Assembly (NCBI GenBank): GCA_951406725.2 | Contig: OX597832.1 | Coordinates: 13,888,001 to 13,952,000 of the forward strand | Reading direction: 5' to 3' | Length of the DNA stretch: 64,000 nt | Origin: Octopus vulgaris | Taxonomy: Eukaryota | Part shown: in pieces, positions 38,548 through 53,135 of the stretch | Numbering within the stretch: position 1 is the first letter of the stretch | Layout of the letters: every line of letters starts with the position of its first letter | Notes under the pieces: model-generated | Databases searched by the model: none | Told to the model about the DNA's origin: nothing | The model's input: the letters and a program-made list of their open reading frames with translations, nothing else | Program-made: the position numbers and the translations under genes

Positions 38548-38969
38548 TTAGCTGCATGTCATTGAATTAAACACCTGAATAATTTTGTTGCAGAGAATAT
38601 TTTTGTTACGTGTGAAACTTTCGGTGTACCTCTGATCAAATTTCATCCGAGGAAATTATATCTCAATATAGGCTTAAAACAAAGAATTCGTTTTCCGCTT
38701 TCTAATTCACGATTACGTCTTACGTTGCTTTGTTTGATGACATTCCTTACGGCCTCAATCGACACATAGAACGACATTTTTGCTTCGTTAGATTACTTGT
38801 ATGCTTGGGGTTTTTTTGGTACTTTTTTTTTGTAAATTAGGGAGTCAGACAGATTTGTATGGTTTAATTAGGAAGCCAGCATGTGATGGATGGATGGTAA
38901 GTTTGTTAATTAATGTATTATTCATTGTCATAACCGCTCTGCGAACTGTCTGGCTTCTTTTGCAGTCAG

Positions 38970-39083
38970 CCTCCATCATCACCGACGCCGCTGTCGCAGC
39001 CACCTTCGACATCAGTGACAGCAACATCATCACACCACAATCGTCGCTGATGTTGTCGTTATCGTTGTCGTCATCGTCGTCAG

Positions 39084-39142
<59 letters not shown>

Positions 39143-39213
39143 CCAACACCACCACCATCATCATCATCATCACCAACAACACCATCACCAACACCACCAT
39201 CACCACCACCACC

Positions 39214-39247
<34 letters not shown>

Positions 39248-39740
39248 TCACCAACAACACCACCACCAACACCACCACCACCATCATCATCATCATCACT
39301 ATCATCATCATCATCATCATCATCAGTTTTAGTATTTTTATAAGTACTACAGCAGTCATTACCAGGTGAAATTCTTTATTAAATGTAATATCTTCATGAT
39401 AATTAGCATTATTATTTTCCGTTTTATTGGCACCATTATAATCAGCTTTCTTTTCTTCACCTGCGTCACATGCATAGCATAAATCATCGGTGTTTTCACC
39501 ATCACCAACCTCACCAACTTCACCATCATCTTCGCAATCATCATCAACATTATCAATATCACAGTCGTTTTCGTCATAGTCGTCATCACCATCGTTAACA
39601 TCATCATCATCATTATCACCATCGGCGCCGTTGACGTCATCGACAAGATCGACACCACCATCACTTTCCTCCATCTCTTACTCTCTCTCCTACTCATGCT
39701 CATCATCGTCATTATCATCACCATTAGGCCATCATCTCAT
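38970..39740. repeat. (CAT/CAC)n trinucleotide repeat and degenerate flank
   Basis: Perfect CAT/CAC runs at 39083-39324; the poly-S/P/M/D ORFs are artefacts. Confidence 0.93.
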
Positions 39741-39765
39741 TACCTTAATTACATGATTATCATTA

Positions 39766-39818
<53 letters not shown>

Positions 39819-40430
39819 CGCCATCTCCGTCAACAGCAAACACATATTCACATCATCCAGACCAAAGACATATGGAAATTCTATATTTCGTTTATTTCTT
39901 TTATTTTTACTTTTCTATATATCCTTAACTGAATTAATCAAATATTGAAATTATAATGTTGCCTCTAGCTATAGGTCGCTTTGAAAATGTAAATGAAGGA
40001 TTATATAATTGTAAATCTCGTATAGAAATACCGGAAACAGATGCCGATTCCATTAATGATGTGAATTAAGATTTCGATGATTCAGAAGAAATTATGTACT
40101 CTACGATATCACTATTATTTCAGTACATAGGTGTGATTTCGCAGACGTAGGAATGCGTAACATTAGGTGTGAAATTTACTTATATACAAAATCATAAACG
40201 GATATTGAAATGATTACTCAGACGCAGAATACATTTGAGAATAGATCTATCAATGATGCTGACGCAGATGAAAATGAAGATTATGTTAATGATGAGGATG
40301 TCACAGAGTATTTTCCACTGAGAATGACAAATGCTTTAAAATGTATATGTATATGCATATATGTATGTATATATATATATATATACATATATATGTGTGT
40401 ATATATATATGTATGTATATATATATATAT

Positions 40431-40462
<32 letters not shown>

Positions 40463-40511
40463 TCATACACACATACACACACACCTATACATATATAAAT
40501 ATATATATTTA

Positions 40512-40544
<33 letters not shown>

Positions 40545-42724
40545 GTGTGTGTGTGTGAGTGTGTGTGTGCGTGTATGTATGTGTGTGTGTGTATGTATAT
40601 GTGTAATAAAAATAAGCAACAAGGATATCCAGAGGCAATGCAACACGATCGTTTTATGCAAATCTATGTAATTGAAAAATGCAATCATTACATCAATTCG
40701 AAATGCAGTGTAATCCTCAGCTGCACAAATACATAGAATGTAATTGAATTAGAACAGATAGACACATTAGTATAATTATACCTAAAATCTCAAGTAATTT
40801 CAGGTAGACAATGAACATGTTTTCTCAACTTCAGCATAGAAGTTACAGAGCAATTTCTTAGTCAGTGTCTGTTCAACCGCCTATTGATAATCAGTTTCAA
40901 TTGGCAATCCTTCCAATCTTCAGTGAGAAACAAACAGAAACACTGCTGCCAAGAACAGAGTGCTGAGAACGAAAATTAACATTTACAGCAGATGTACAGA
41001 CGAACCAATGTTCATACTAGTAAGAGTCCTGTTAAACTATTAGCAATAAACGCCAGTTTTGATAATTTTCAACTACAGGCTTTCCTGTCTATTGTACAGA
41101 CAGATACTGTAGGAAGTCTCTTTGACAATGTTTGTTCATAATGCAGAGCTTACGCATGGAATGCCGAACTGACATCCCTATTTTTGCATTAAATGAAAGG
41201 TAAACATTGACAAACTACTTCCCAGCTCCATAATTCGACTATCTTCATGTTTGTTTAAAAAAGGAGAAAGTACAACTGTGGTAAAATGATGAAAGCAATA
41301 ATTGCTATGCGAGTGAGCACTATTATCTATTATAGAATAATTAATAATTAATTATACGTACATTACCATTAAAATTATTAGAATTGAGAATCAATTTTGA
41401 AAATTTGAAAGTGGGTAGCAGAAAAAATCCCAGGTGAGCTGTCTTTCTGCAAGTATAGATATATATAATTATTATATATATATATTGAGGTTTATCATTT
41501 TAATTTTTATCGCATTAGAAGTTACGATATGTCAGAAATGGCGGATGTCAAACATAGATATGTTTGATGCGAGATTACTTTACAGAAAAACATATATAAA
41601 AACCCAAGCGACAAAATCTATAATTCGAATATAAATGTATTCAGGAATCTTAACTATAAACAGGATTATGCACATGCAACCTGATCGAATACTTAAACAT
41701 GTAAGAGAAATTGCGCTACTGTCTTTTGTTTGTAAACATAGTTATCAACAGATAGATTATATGGATTAATTTCTACAAATACCTACAACTAAGAGTATAA
41801 TTTCTCAACATGAATATATACTATATTCCCATCTCTGATCTCTGGGCCGTATGATCAACCGTATTTCAAGCAATAACGTTTACACCTTTAAAGCAGAAAT
41901 ATAAATCCATTGTGATTAAATGGTTAAGATGTAATATAAAATGTATATGCACAGCACACTGAAATGATGTAACGATCCTTAAGTGAAACAGCTTTGAAGA
42001 AAAGTCTGTAATGTTCATGACAACCTATGGATTACAGTAGGTAATAGTTGTAAAGAAAATATAATACCTTCAGAAATCTCCATCTTTGAACAGATTTCAT
42101 CGAAATTATACGACAGTAATATCAGTGGATCCGCAATCTCTTTGAAATGATTATTTGACGAGTAAATCTGCCTGCGTTATTACTATGTATTCCACACAAA
42201 ACAGCTCACAGATGCATGTATCTCGTCGTTTCGATTTTATCCCGATCCATTTCTCATTGTATTCGTCGTGATCATTATGTTTTCTGCAATATCATCATAT
42301 GTTTTGTTTTAATAGAATTTTATGCCGGCTCTCTGAATAGCTCGCTTTCGTGTTTGTGATGTGAAACTGTGATGTTGGAGATAATGTCTCCAATATATAA
42401 TAGTCTGACCAATGATTCAGATGCGACCACATACCGTACCCTAGTGCTGTTGATTTCTAAACATAATGTTTGATAATCTACAAGCTGAGTGATATTGCTT
42501 CGTTTTCAGATGTATTCTATACGGCACAATGGTCAAGATTTATGTTCTGATCAGATTTTGCATGTAACATGAGGACACGACCCTTTCATTAGTGCATTAT
42601 TAATTCAATTAAACTATTCCTCTTTTCACGGAGAGCGTCGAACAATTACCAGTAATACCTGATTCAATTCTTTTACATAATTTTCATGATTTCCATAACT
42701 CAGAACATCAAACATTATTGAAAT

Positions 42725-42912
42725 GTTGGTTTCAAAGTTTAGCAGAAGGCCAGTAAATTTGGGAGTAGTATTCAACCGATACTTATTTCATTGATCCCGA
42801 AATGATGACATGCAAAGTTGACCTCGGCAGAATTTGAACTCAGAATATAAAGACGAACGAAATGCTGCTAAGCCTTTTGCCCGGCGTGCTATCGACTTTT
42901 CCAGATCACCTC
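42725..42912 (-). mobile_element. SINE family B
   Basis: Plus strand AAAGTTGACCTCGGCAGAATTTGAACTCAGAA..GCCCGGCGTGCTA is the reverse complement of the family B head/core. Confidence 0.8.
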
Positions 42913-45103
42913 TTGCTCTCATCCCATTGTCGAAATATTGAAATCTGTAAGATTTTAGATATTTCCAAACAACTTAGATATTTCTATAAGCCTTTATATA
43001 TGTTTTAGACTATAGAAGGTTTTCAAATTGAGAGAAAATATTGGACCAAATTCTTCAAAATCTTTCACTTTGGTTAAAAATCTAACCCTCATAGACTATT
43101 GTAATAAATTATAGTTAGAATGAAAGTTTCAGTAGATGTCACATTGTCTGCTACCAGAGTACATATCACATTGTAAGTAAGATTATTCATTTTTTTGGGG
43201 AAAATATACAGAATTTTTTTTTAAGTATTTCACTTTTAATTAGAAACTTACGGACTCAGCATTTGTTCCCCCACCAAATAAAGGCTACATTTAAATTCAT
43301 CGCATATACTTTGTTTTAATTGTGTAGATCATTCAGTAAATCTCCAGCTACTTAACACCATATCATATAATCTAATTGCTGTATCAATGTCATTGATCTT
43401 TAGAGAGATTTTTGTTTCATCGACATTCACCGCTAACTATCGTTAAACATGAAAACTATGGGCTAAATTAAAATTCTTAAAACGTTGTCATTTAATGCAA
43501 CGTAACGAAGGCCTCATCGATATTATTTAAGATATATCTTATATAATATACAAATATTATTCAACTCCTGAGATCACACGAGGCTATCGTAATAAACCAT
43601 TCAATAACATGATAAACGATAGTAAAGTAATGGAAGCACTTCTCAAACAGGAAGCAATCCGATATTTAGTCCCATTCATCGCTAGAACTGGTTGTTTAAA
43701 ATAGAAGCACTTTAAAGTAATGAATACATAACGACTAATTTGTTAAATGTGCTAGCTCACATGTTCAGATTTTCGACAGAATTATGATTTAAATTTGTAT
43801 TTATCTATGAATGATTATAGTATTAATTACAACGAAGACTATCCTGTTAATATCTCTGTTTCCTTTAATGAGTCAATGATAACTATGCGAACATTTCTAT
43901 TTAGAGAAATTTGGTAAAATAAAACAGTGACAATTCTTTCATCTTTGAATGTATGTGATTTCAGTTTGCTAACTCCAGAAATTGATTTTACCAATGTAGT
44001 CTGGTATAGTCCATTAATTTCGGTGTTAAACGCAAATGATATTCACATAAACATTATTATTGAAAATGATTCGAGTTCAAAGAAAATGTTTGGATACAGT
44101 AAGTGTTATAGGCCTCTAAGAATTATTATTTTGTCTTTATAATTGCAAGGCAGTTAGATTTATGAGATGCAACTACAGGAATTGTATCATAGTATTGACA
44201 TTATCATAATCTGTACTCAAAGGGAAAACTAATTTTCCGAAAATGTTTCCGTGTGTTGGTGTCAATCTATAATTATTTCATAATCTGCCTTTAAAAAACA
44301 CAAGACAAAACTGTACGGTGATATTTTATGTTATTGTACTGCTACAAGATTGTTAGGCCCCAAAAATCTAAGCTAAGGGCTTTAAATGTTTGGAAGAAAG
44401 CGGGCGAATATGTGAGAGAAAGCTGACGGAAAAAAAAGGAGAAAACGGAGAAAATGTTACACAATTACAAATACAAACAACAAAAATAACAACAGTTGTC
44501 TTTCGACTAAAAGGATAAGTGAAGTTAAGCTTGCGTGTGAAGTGGAAGTCTTACGGCAACAACATAGATTAGAGTCACGAGACAGGAAATTAAGGTGTTG
44601 AGCGAGCGGTGATCAGGCCAAGAAAGAATGATCGTGCTTGGCCGAGTACCAATCACGTGGGAGGAAGAGGGAGAGGTAGCGAGAAGAGGGATTGAAGAAT
44701 TAAGGACGGAACTAGGGCGAGAGAGGGGGGGGACAGAGGAAAAGTTACAAGGTAGATAACAGAGGAAAATAGAGAGATGAAAGAAAGGAATGCCAAGAAA
44801 TGTGAGAGGGGGAACGAGAAAATGAAATGTGGAAAGAAAGAGACTGACGAGAAAGTGAGAGAGGGGGACCTAGAAAAAGACAAGAAGAAAGAGAGAAGTC
44901 GTTCCAAGTTTAGATTTATGTTTACTGATAAGCTGAACAAGAGGTGTACATACGCCGCTATATGTATATATAAATCCCCCTATACAGAACAAAAACGTAA
45001 CAGAGGGGCAGGAAGACCAAGACGGAACACTCGCAGATTTCTCTTTATTAGTCAGTATTCAAATTACCACTACAGTTTCTGCTTCTTACACATGAGAATC
45101 TTC

Positions 45104-45165
<62 letters not shown>

Positions 45166-45197
45166 GTATAAGTATATATTTGTTATTTTGACCAGTT

Positions 45198-45378
45198 TTG
45201 TCACTCCACCATCGGTTGACACCCGATGTTGGTGAGCTTACGTTCCCATAACTTAGCGGTTCCGCAAGAAGACACCGATAGCATATGTTGTGATCTTACA
45301 ACGAATAGGTCCTGGTATCGATTTGTTCGACTAAAGGCGGTGTCCTAGCATAGCAGCAGTGACATGACTGAAACAAGT
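45198..45378 (+). mobile_element. SINE family A, 3' part
   Basis: CCGATGTTGGTG..AACTTAGCGGTTC..TCGATTTGTTCGACTAAAGGCGGTG..ATGACTGAAACAAGT. Confidence 0.8.
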
Positions 45379-45384
45379 TGTCAA

Positions 45385-45881
45385 ACATTTAAACCACATT
45401 TTCATAAAACAACTTGTCCGACCGTCCCATAGGCCTCACCTTTCAGAAACACTTATTTAACCTAAATTCGAGACACCAGCAAAAGAAGAAATAAAGATAG
45501 ATTTTTTTTCTATTCGAAAGAAAAACGATTTTATTCACACAAATATGCAACCGAATAGTTTTAAGAACCAGTAATGATAAGGTTGTTGATGGGAATACAC
45601 AAACATGGTTGCCAGGAACGAAACGTGCCTTTAAACAGTACAAAAACAGCAAAAAATGGAAGGTGCAGTTATGTACAGGTTGACGGAAGAAAATCAGGAC
45701 GAAAACGGCTTTATCGATCGCATACTCACCTGGAATCGATGTTTATAATTTTTGTCACAACATATACACGCCCTGATACCGTCGGTATCTACATATCAAA
45801 TTTGAGCGCAATCGCATGGAGGTTGCTCGAAATCCTAGAACACACACAGACAGACAGACAGAATGGATTTTATATAATAGA
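45385..45881 (-). mobile_element. Putative non-autonomous Helitron-like element, 5' end
   Basis: Minus strand A|TCTATTATATAAAATCCATT(CTGT)n..CGATTGCGCTCAAATTTG, which resembles invertebrate non-autonomous Helitron 5' ends; no clear 3' CTRR end identified. Confidence 0.5.
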
Positions 45882-47627
45882 TTAGTCTTCGAAATTCCGG
45901 CCACCTACGTGTCATGGTCGAACTGCGATGAATTGAAGTTAATTCTGGCTTTATATAGCTTCTGTGGGGTTAAAATATTTCTTGAGTTTGTCTTTGAGCA
46001 GAATGGTAATTAGATTTTTTGCATATGCTGTTATAGAGAAGACATTTGGAGAAATTTTTATTGAATAAATTTTGGCTTATGTTATAGGTTAGAATTTATT
46101 TATGTATGTATAACATTGTATGCAGGTGTGCATAATTAGACTTGTGCCTTTGGGTAGTTATTTCCAGGATGTCTCAGTAGGTGTAATTTGGTTCCTTTCT
46201 TTAGAATAGGTTTAGATGCCTAACTTCATATTTCTTTTGAATATATACGTTTTGTGTAGCCTGCAGTATTTACATATTCATTGATAATTAGATTTTGCTT
46301 GCAAAATGTATAACCTATAATGCAAGGCTTTTTCAGGATAAAAATCCATCACAGCAAACTATAGTTATTTGATATGCATGCAGTTATATCAGTAGTATAT
46401 GGTTTCCTTATACTTTATACCGGAACAGTGTAATTCTAAAAGTCAAATAGTATATGTTTAGCTTATCATATTGTATTGATATCAAATTCATACTTGCAAT
46501 TCATACTTGCAATTTCTGTTCAGTATTTGATTTTCTTTGTATTTGGTCTTATACAAATCAACATTTCCTTCTTTTTCTGAAATAAAAAAAGTAGGACATT
46601 TACAAAAAAATATTATCCTTCAATAGTGTCTCCTTTTCTTGTTTTTCTTGCTTAAAAAAATGCACACACAGATGAAATAGAAGACGTAGAAGCAAAACGA
46701 GTATATTTTCTACAAGATAAAGAGTCCAAATAAAGTATAAAGTATAAATACATCATAGAACAATTATATTAGATTAGCAACGTTTTCTACAGCTGTTTCA
46801 TAAATATCTGAGCAAGTGGATTATGTTAATATGTAACGAATTTGTGTAATCGAATTATCCTGCCAGCGGAGAGTCTGAGGTAACAAGGTGTAGAAAGAAA
46901 TCCTTACCTGAGAATATTAGTAGTCGCCACTTAGAATGAGAGACAATTGTCTTAGGTAATTTCACGATCAAAGAATTAAAGGATTAAAGACGGCATTAGC
47001 TTAATGAAGCCTTATAAAGTCCGTTGATATTCTTGTATGCGGTAGTTTCATTTCAGCACTTAAGATGTTGAGGATGATCAATAGTAGAGGTATACGAGTT
47101 AATACAACCATACGAAGGTAAAAAAACAGGTTGAATTGAAAATGTATATTCCACTGGATATATGTTTCTTCCAGCTTTCACCATCTGACTTCAAACCTCG
47201 AGGAAGCCAGCTTCGCTTACAATATCTCGAAGCCCCTTAAAAGTAGTCACAGTACATATAATCGACTAATATCACCTTCGAAATATCACACCTGTAGCTA
47301 TGCTATAAATGTTATGTCAATATGTGTAACAATTATTTCATTGCGAATATATTCACATCTATAGATACAATGTACTAGTCACACATTTTCCGATTTAGAG
47401 TAAAATGTTATCCATGATATTTGCTTCTAAAGTTGGTGATGGTACCATTTTGCATTCGTACCGTAATTGTTTGCTTGCAATGACTAAATTCGATTAATTC
47501 TATACCTGAAAAATCTACCACAAAACTATTTCTTACGCCTAGTACACAAAGACACACACATATACACACACATAAGTACATAAATACATACATATATATA
47601 CATATGCATATATATATATGTGCATAT

Positions 47628-47775
47628 ATATGGGCTTCAATTTCCGTCTACCAAGCCTACTCACAACGCTTTCGTCAGCTCGAGGCTATAGTAGAAGTCT
47701 CTTGTGCAAGGTGGCACGCAGTGAGACTGAACCAAAACCCATGTCGTTAACAATGAAGTTCCTTACCACACAACC
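47628..47775 (-). mobile_element. SINE family A head, degraded
   Basis: GGGCTTC..TTTCCGTCTACCAA..ACTCACAA..CGAGGCTATAGTAGAAG..CAAGGTG-CACGCAGTG-GACTGAACC. Confidence 0.8.
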
Positions 47776-49815
47776 AACATTTATACATATGTGCGTGTAC
47801 ACCATATATGAATTTTAATATCGGTTTCAAATTTCTGCACACGGCCAGTATCTTCAGGGGAGCTCAATTAGACAGACTCCAGTGTTCGATGGAAGGCAAA
47901 GTCAGATTAGGTGGCAAGTGGCAGAACATAAAGACAGACGAAGTGATTCTACCAGTTCGCTGCTTTCCATTAATTTTGATGTTACTATTTTATTTGGTTC
48001 GAGTCAATCTCATGGTACTCCGAGTTGTAGCCTTTGGTGTACAATAATTGCATGTAAATGATGGCTGAAAAATAATGGGATTAACACATCTATACAAATG
48101 TTTTCTGTGGTGGCCGAGAGAAAATATTAGGATTAATGGAAAATCGAAACGAGAACAAAGTGAAGAAAGGAGAAAAAGGGAGAATGAATAGGAAGAGGAC
48201 AAGAGGACAAAAGAGGAACAGTGATGAGTTTTGTTTTATATATGAGTGAAGGAAGTGGGTTAAGAGGCTGTTATAATGTTTAAATAGCAATAAGCATAAG
48301 AATGGAACTTGGGAGAACAGACAGTTAAAGCTGGTAGTACTTGAAGGAGTGATAAATAAATAAAACAATGAAAAAACCATGATATTTAACAGAAATGACC
48401 GCAGGGGTACTGCTTTATAGGAATGGTCAATGAGGAGCAGATAGCTATAACGTCAATAGAGATAGAAAAATAATTGAGGAAATAGCAGATATATATTGCA
48501 GAAACTTAGAAAGAGTAGTTAAAAGAAATATAAAAAAATATATCGAAAAATATTCTAATTAAAATAAAAACAAAATTACTCGTATCAATAAACGCAGTGA
48601 TTTAGAAGTTTGATCAGCATTTCAAAATGTAACAAGTGTAGTGATATTCTTGGTTACCTTTTGACCTATTGACACTTCTCTTGCTTCGTTAAATTATAGA
48701 ACCGCTTAAGTATGGATGTGATGGTTGCGTCAAACCCCATCTTGAAATTGCTGTTTGTGTGCCTAATTACTATTAAGGAATAACAGGAGTTCACTATCTG
48801 GCCTGTGGCGCAAGAATATATACAGTAAAATTTTCCATGAATGAGCAAATGACTCGTCATGGCCAGCATGATCCAAATGAATCGTATAATGATGTTATTT
48901 TCTAGAGTATGTCATGTCCTAGCTCTGTATTTGGAAATATAATGCGGCCTACGTATCATCTCTAAAAGTAGTGCAGCAAACCAAAATTGCTAAGGAAATG
49001 TTGAGGATGATAGCGATCGGTGTGATTGGCTAGAGGCAAAGGAAATATTGTGTTTTTCCTTTTCTGCAAGCTTGTTGCTTGCAATTTCTGTTCTGTATTT
49101 GATCTTATTTCTTTGTATTTGATCTTATTCGTCCGAGTCATCACTCTAACAATAATAGTTGTGTGGTATTGTTCACTATCACCATTGTATTTTTCTTGAA
49201 AGACAAAGGCACCACACGAGGTAACATTCACTCATATTCTTTTCTTTCAATAACATGCAGTATGATATTATGTAATAAATAATCCAGATGCCATATTTTC
49301 TATGTCTAAATGATGACATAAAGTATGAATCATTCTAAAAGATAGATAATCGCAGATATAATAATAGAGCGGAACATGCTGATGTGAGACAATATCAGTG
49401 TCTAGATTTCAACATTATAATTTGCGCAGATATACATATCATTCAATTGATTAATCAGCTTCCAGATATAAATAGCTTGGTAAATTTCAGAAAATATATA
49501 CTGAAAAAAATTGTTTAAATTTGCAGTTACATTAAAGAAATGTGAAATGGAACAACTGAAAATTATTAAAACAAATCTAATATAATTTCAGCTTGTAATC
49601 ATTGAATCGGCCTATTGAAAACACTTCGTCGTTTGGCTTCAATTTCCCTCTCACTGCAACGCTCCTCGCAAAGTTTCTCTGTCTGTGTGTATGTAAGCCC
49701 CTATATAAGAGTGAGTTAATTTTACGTACATACATATATGCAAATATATGCCTATATACATATATATATATAAATGAATTCATATATATATGCATAATAA
49801 AAGTATATACGTATG

Positions 49816-49869
<54 letters not shown>

Positions 49870-50396
49870 TTTAAAATCCATTTTAAGAGCTGAAGGTCAA
49901 ATAACACTTTGTTTATATGGAATTATTTTGTATTTTTATACCCTTTTAGCATTTTTTGTTCTCTTTTGTATTTACCCCCACCCTTTATTAAATTATCCCT
50001 GGGAACTTTAGACTTTTCGGTTTGTTTTGTGTAGCGTCTATTCATCAGGTTAAAAGAAAACGAAATGCTGGCAAATTTGCCTTTTGATCATTGAAAATCT
50101 CTGTGCTTCACACATATCGCAAATCTATAATTCTTTCATATCTAATGTAGCCAAAAATTGGAATCAAAGTAAAATACAAACCTAACGAACAAAGAAAAAA
50201 TTGATGGACGTATAATAGCTTGAAAAACACAGCCAAGTTTGAAAATAAATTGTTCATAATTAATACATTGAAATCGAAGTTATAATAAAATATCGGTTTG
50301 GCTTACAAACTATTTTACACACACACACATACATGTGTATGTATGAATATATATAGGTTTACGTATACATATAGAATATATACGTACATACATACA

Positions 50397-50427
<31 letters not shown>

Positions 50428-50734
50428 GTATATATACATGTATATGTCGATGCATACAGCAGCAATGTAACCGCCACACAATCACACTCACATACACGCC
50501 TATATAAACTGTGACAATCTAAATAGCGTAGATTACTATTATTATTATGAATAATGTTATAATTAATGCCGTTATTATTATTGATTTTTGTTATTAATAT
50601 TAATATCATTGTGCTTTTTGTCTTATTATATTTCATGTAACATGTATATTTCCCTTTCAGTACTGAAGGTGGTGTAGATACATAATTGAATTGTTTAATG
50701 TATATGCAGTAGTTTTTCTTCATGGGAGACAATG

Positions 50735-50790
<56 letters not shown>

Positions 50791-51233
50791 GTGTATTAAT
50801 GTATAGGTATGAATTTATGTATATTATATATTCAAAATCTATAGTATAGAGAAAATTTAATAAAAAACTAACACGTATAAAATATACTTATTGACCAGGT
50901 AGTTTTGTTTGGGATTGATATGCATAGTTAAACTCGCTTCTACAAAAGACTTCGTGAAATTATTGGGTATGAGGTTTTGAACCAGTCTTTCATCATTTCT
51001 TGTGTCTGAAATACAATGAGCGTTAATATTGTTTAATGTCGTTGCTTATGTTAGTGGTGGTGAAATACATTACGATATTTTTTTGTTAACGCTCTCTTAT
51101 GTAATAATCATGGCAGCCACAGCAATGTGGGAATATCGGGTGATATTCATATCTAATTCCCTTGAGGTATCTTTGCAATTCAAGTCATGACGTCAGTATA
51201 TAGACTCATATGCATATATATATATACATATAT

Positions 51234-51264
<31 letters not shown>

Positions 51265-51287
51265 CATATATATATACATACATACAT

Positions 51288-51346
<59 letters not shown>

Positions 51347-52334
51347 CATACAAACGTAGGTATATGCATGTCTATAATTATTATTACTCACACACATACA
51401 TGCAGATATATATAAACATATGCATACATATACATACATAGATACATTCACATTTGTGTATGTAAAATAATTTATCTGATTCGATTTTATTTTCACGAAA
51501 GGATTTCATTGTTCAAACATTAAATATGTAGTAAATGACTGGGCAATCACCAGACATCATCTGCATCATATTTTTCTAGTCAATGCAGTTTGAATATATA
51601 TTGCAATCGAATTGCAGGTATATTTGAATAGAAAGGGCTTCCTCATATGAAATTCTGTTTAATTGATTTCACTCAAAAATCCCAAAGCCATGTTTCATGC
51701 ATATATCAATCCACTCATTCTTACATGCATGCATGCACACATCCATCCATCCATCCAACCAACCCTCCATCTATCCTTTCCTCCATTCCTTTCTTAATCC
51801 CTACGTACATAGAAACATATACACATATACACATACTTCAATACAGCGAAGAACTTAAAAGAAAAAAGGAACTATCAGATACAGCTGTGTGGACCATAAT
51901 GAAAATCAGCTGTTCCCGAAAATGTTTTCAGGAAGATACAAGAGAAAGGTGATATTTATGGTCATTGGTAAGGAATTTTCAAATCCAGTAGCCATGATGA
52001 ACTTTAATCTTTAGAATTGTTATTACCGGAGCAACAGAATACATACCAAGGACAAAATATTATTGAACTTGTGCTCTTGAGGAGAGAAGGCAAAATCCTT
52101 AATTCGTGCACTGAAAATTATCACTATATATGTGACTGTAAAATTCCGTAAGAGTTTCTTATGATGAACAAAACTATGCTTTCCTTCACAATCCTGCTAC
52201 TAAGTAGGCGACCTGTCATAATTTATTTTAAATTTCAAACAAAAGAGAACAAAATGCATGCATGCATAATTAGCTACATCCATACGTACATACATGGATA
52301 CATAAATAAATAAATCATATATATAAATAAATAA

Positions 52335-52386
<52 letters not shown>

Positions 52387-52417
52387 GAGATGTGGAACAC
52401 GAGTTGTGATATATAAA

Positions 52418-52625
52418 AAAGGATATGAAGGAAATGCTGACAAAATAATTTAAGTAATTTAAGTAATTTAATTAGGTGAAAGTTCTTTTTACCGGTTGCG
52501 CATTTGTTATGCTTATCAAAAGATGTTTTGATAAGCATAACAAATGCGCAACCGGTAAAAAGAACTTTCACCTAATCAAATTACTTAAATTACTTAAATT
52601 ATTTTGTCAGCATTTTCTTCATTTC

Positions 52626-52629
<4 letters not shown>
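52418..52629. repeat. Near-perfect palindrome (~104-bp arms, 4-nt loop) between (TA)n tracts, each arm with a hammerhead-like motif
   Basis: Centre TCAAAA-GATG-TTTTGA; the ORF track gives nearly the same peptide on both strands (52200..52571- and 52476..52703+). Confidence 0.96.
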
Positions 52630-52684
<55 letters not shown>

Positions 52685-52787
52685 CATTAATAACAAAGTG
52701 TAAAATTAATTAACCAGTATTCAATAATTTCACAAAGTAGAATTCGGCATGAAAAAGGACCATTTCACGGTAAACTAATGTAATACA

Positions 52788-53008
52788 TTATAATAGGGTT
52801 CAGCAAAGATTTGCTTTACCACATACCGGAGTTCAGAAATAGCAGCCAAATAACTTCAGTTATTTCCTCTTCTTTAAAAAGAGACTCTCAGAAAAAACAA
52901 ATTACTCGAAAACTCTTTTTAAAGTAGATGGAATAGCTAAGGTTCTTTGGCTGCTATTTCTAAACTTCGGTATGTGGTAAAGCAAATCGTTGATGAACCC
53001 TATTATAA
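52788..53008. repeat. Imperfect palindrome (~95-bp arms, ~29-nt loop)
   Basis: TTATAATAGGGTTCA..GATTTGCTTTACCACATACCG..AGAAATAGCAGCCAAA is mirrored by TTTGGCTGCTATTTCT..CGGTATGTGGTAAAGCAAATC..TGAACCCTATTATAA. Confidence 0.92.
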
Positions 53009-53034
53009 AGTATATATATATACATATGACTACT

Positions 53035-53135
53035 AGAATTACAACGAATAAGTCTGGGGTCGATTTGCTCGTCTGAAGATGGTGCTCCACCATGGCCGCA
53101 GTCAAATGACTGAAACAAGTAAAAGAGTAAAAGAG
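53035..53135 (+). mobile_element. SINE family A, 3' tail fragment
   Basis: CTGGGGTCGATTTGCTCG..GGTGCTCCA-CATGGCCGCAGTCAAATGACTGAAACAAGTAAAAGAGTAAAAGAG. Confidence 0.85.

Noticed and set aside
38801-39724. Ser/Pro-rich 180-aa and acidic/Met-rich 214-aa ORFs; similar ORFs at 7737, 23284 and 56340
   Set aside because: Products of CAT/CAC/GAT/CTA triplet repeats, open in several frames, with no domain or splice support.
40800-41300. Unique sequence with CCAAT-like boxes and splice-like sites; similar single sites near 48658 and 63649
   Set aside because: No paired splice sites with an ORF; expected by chance in 64 kb.
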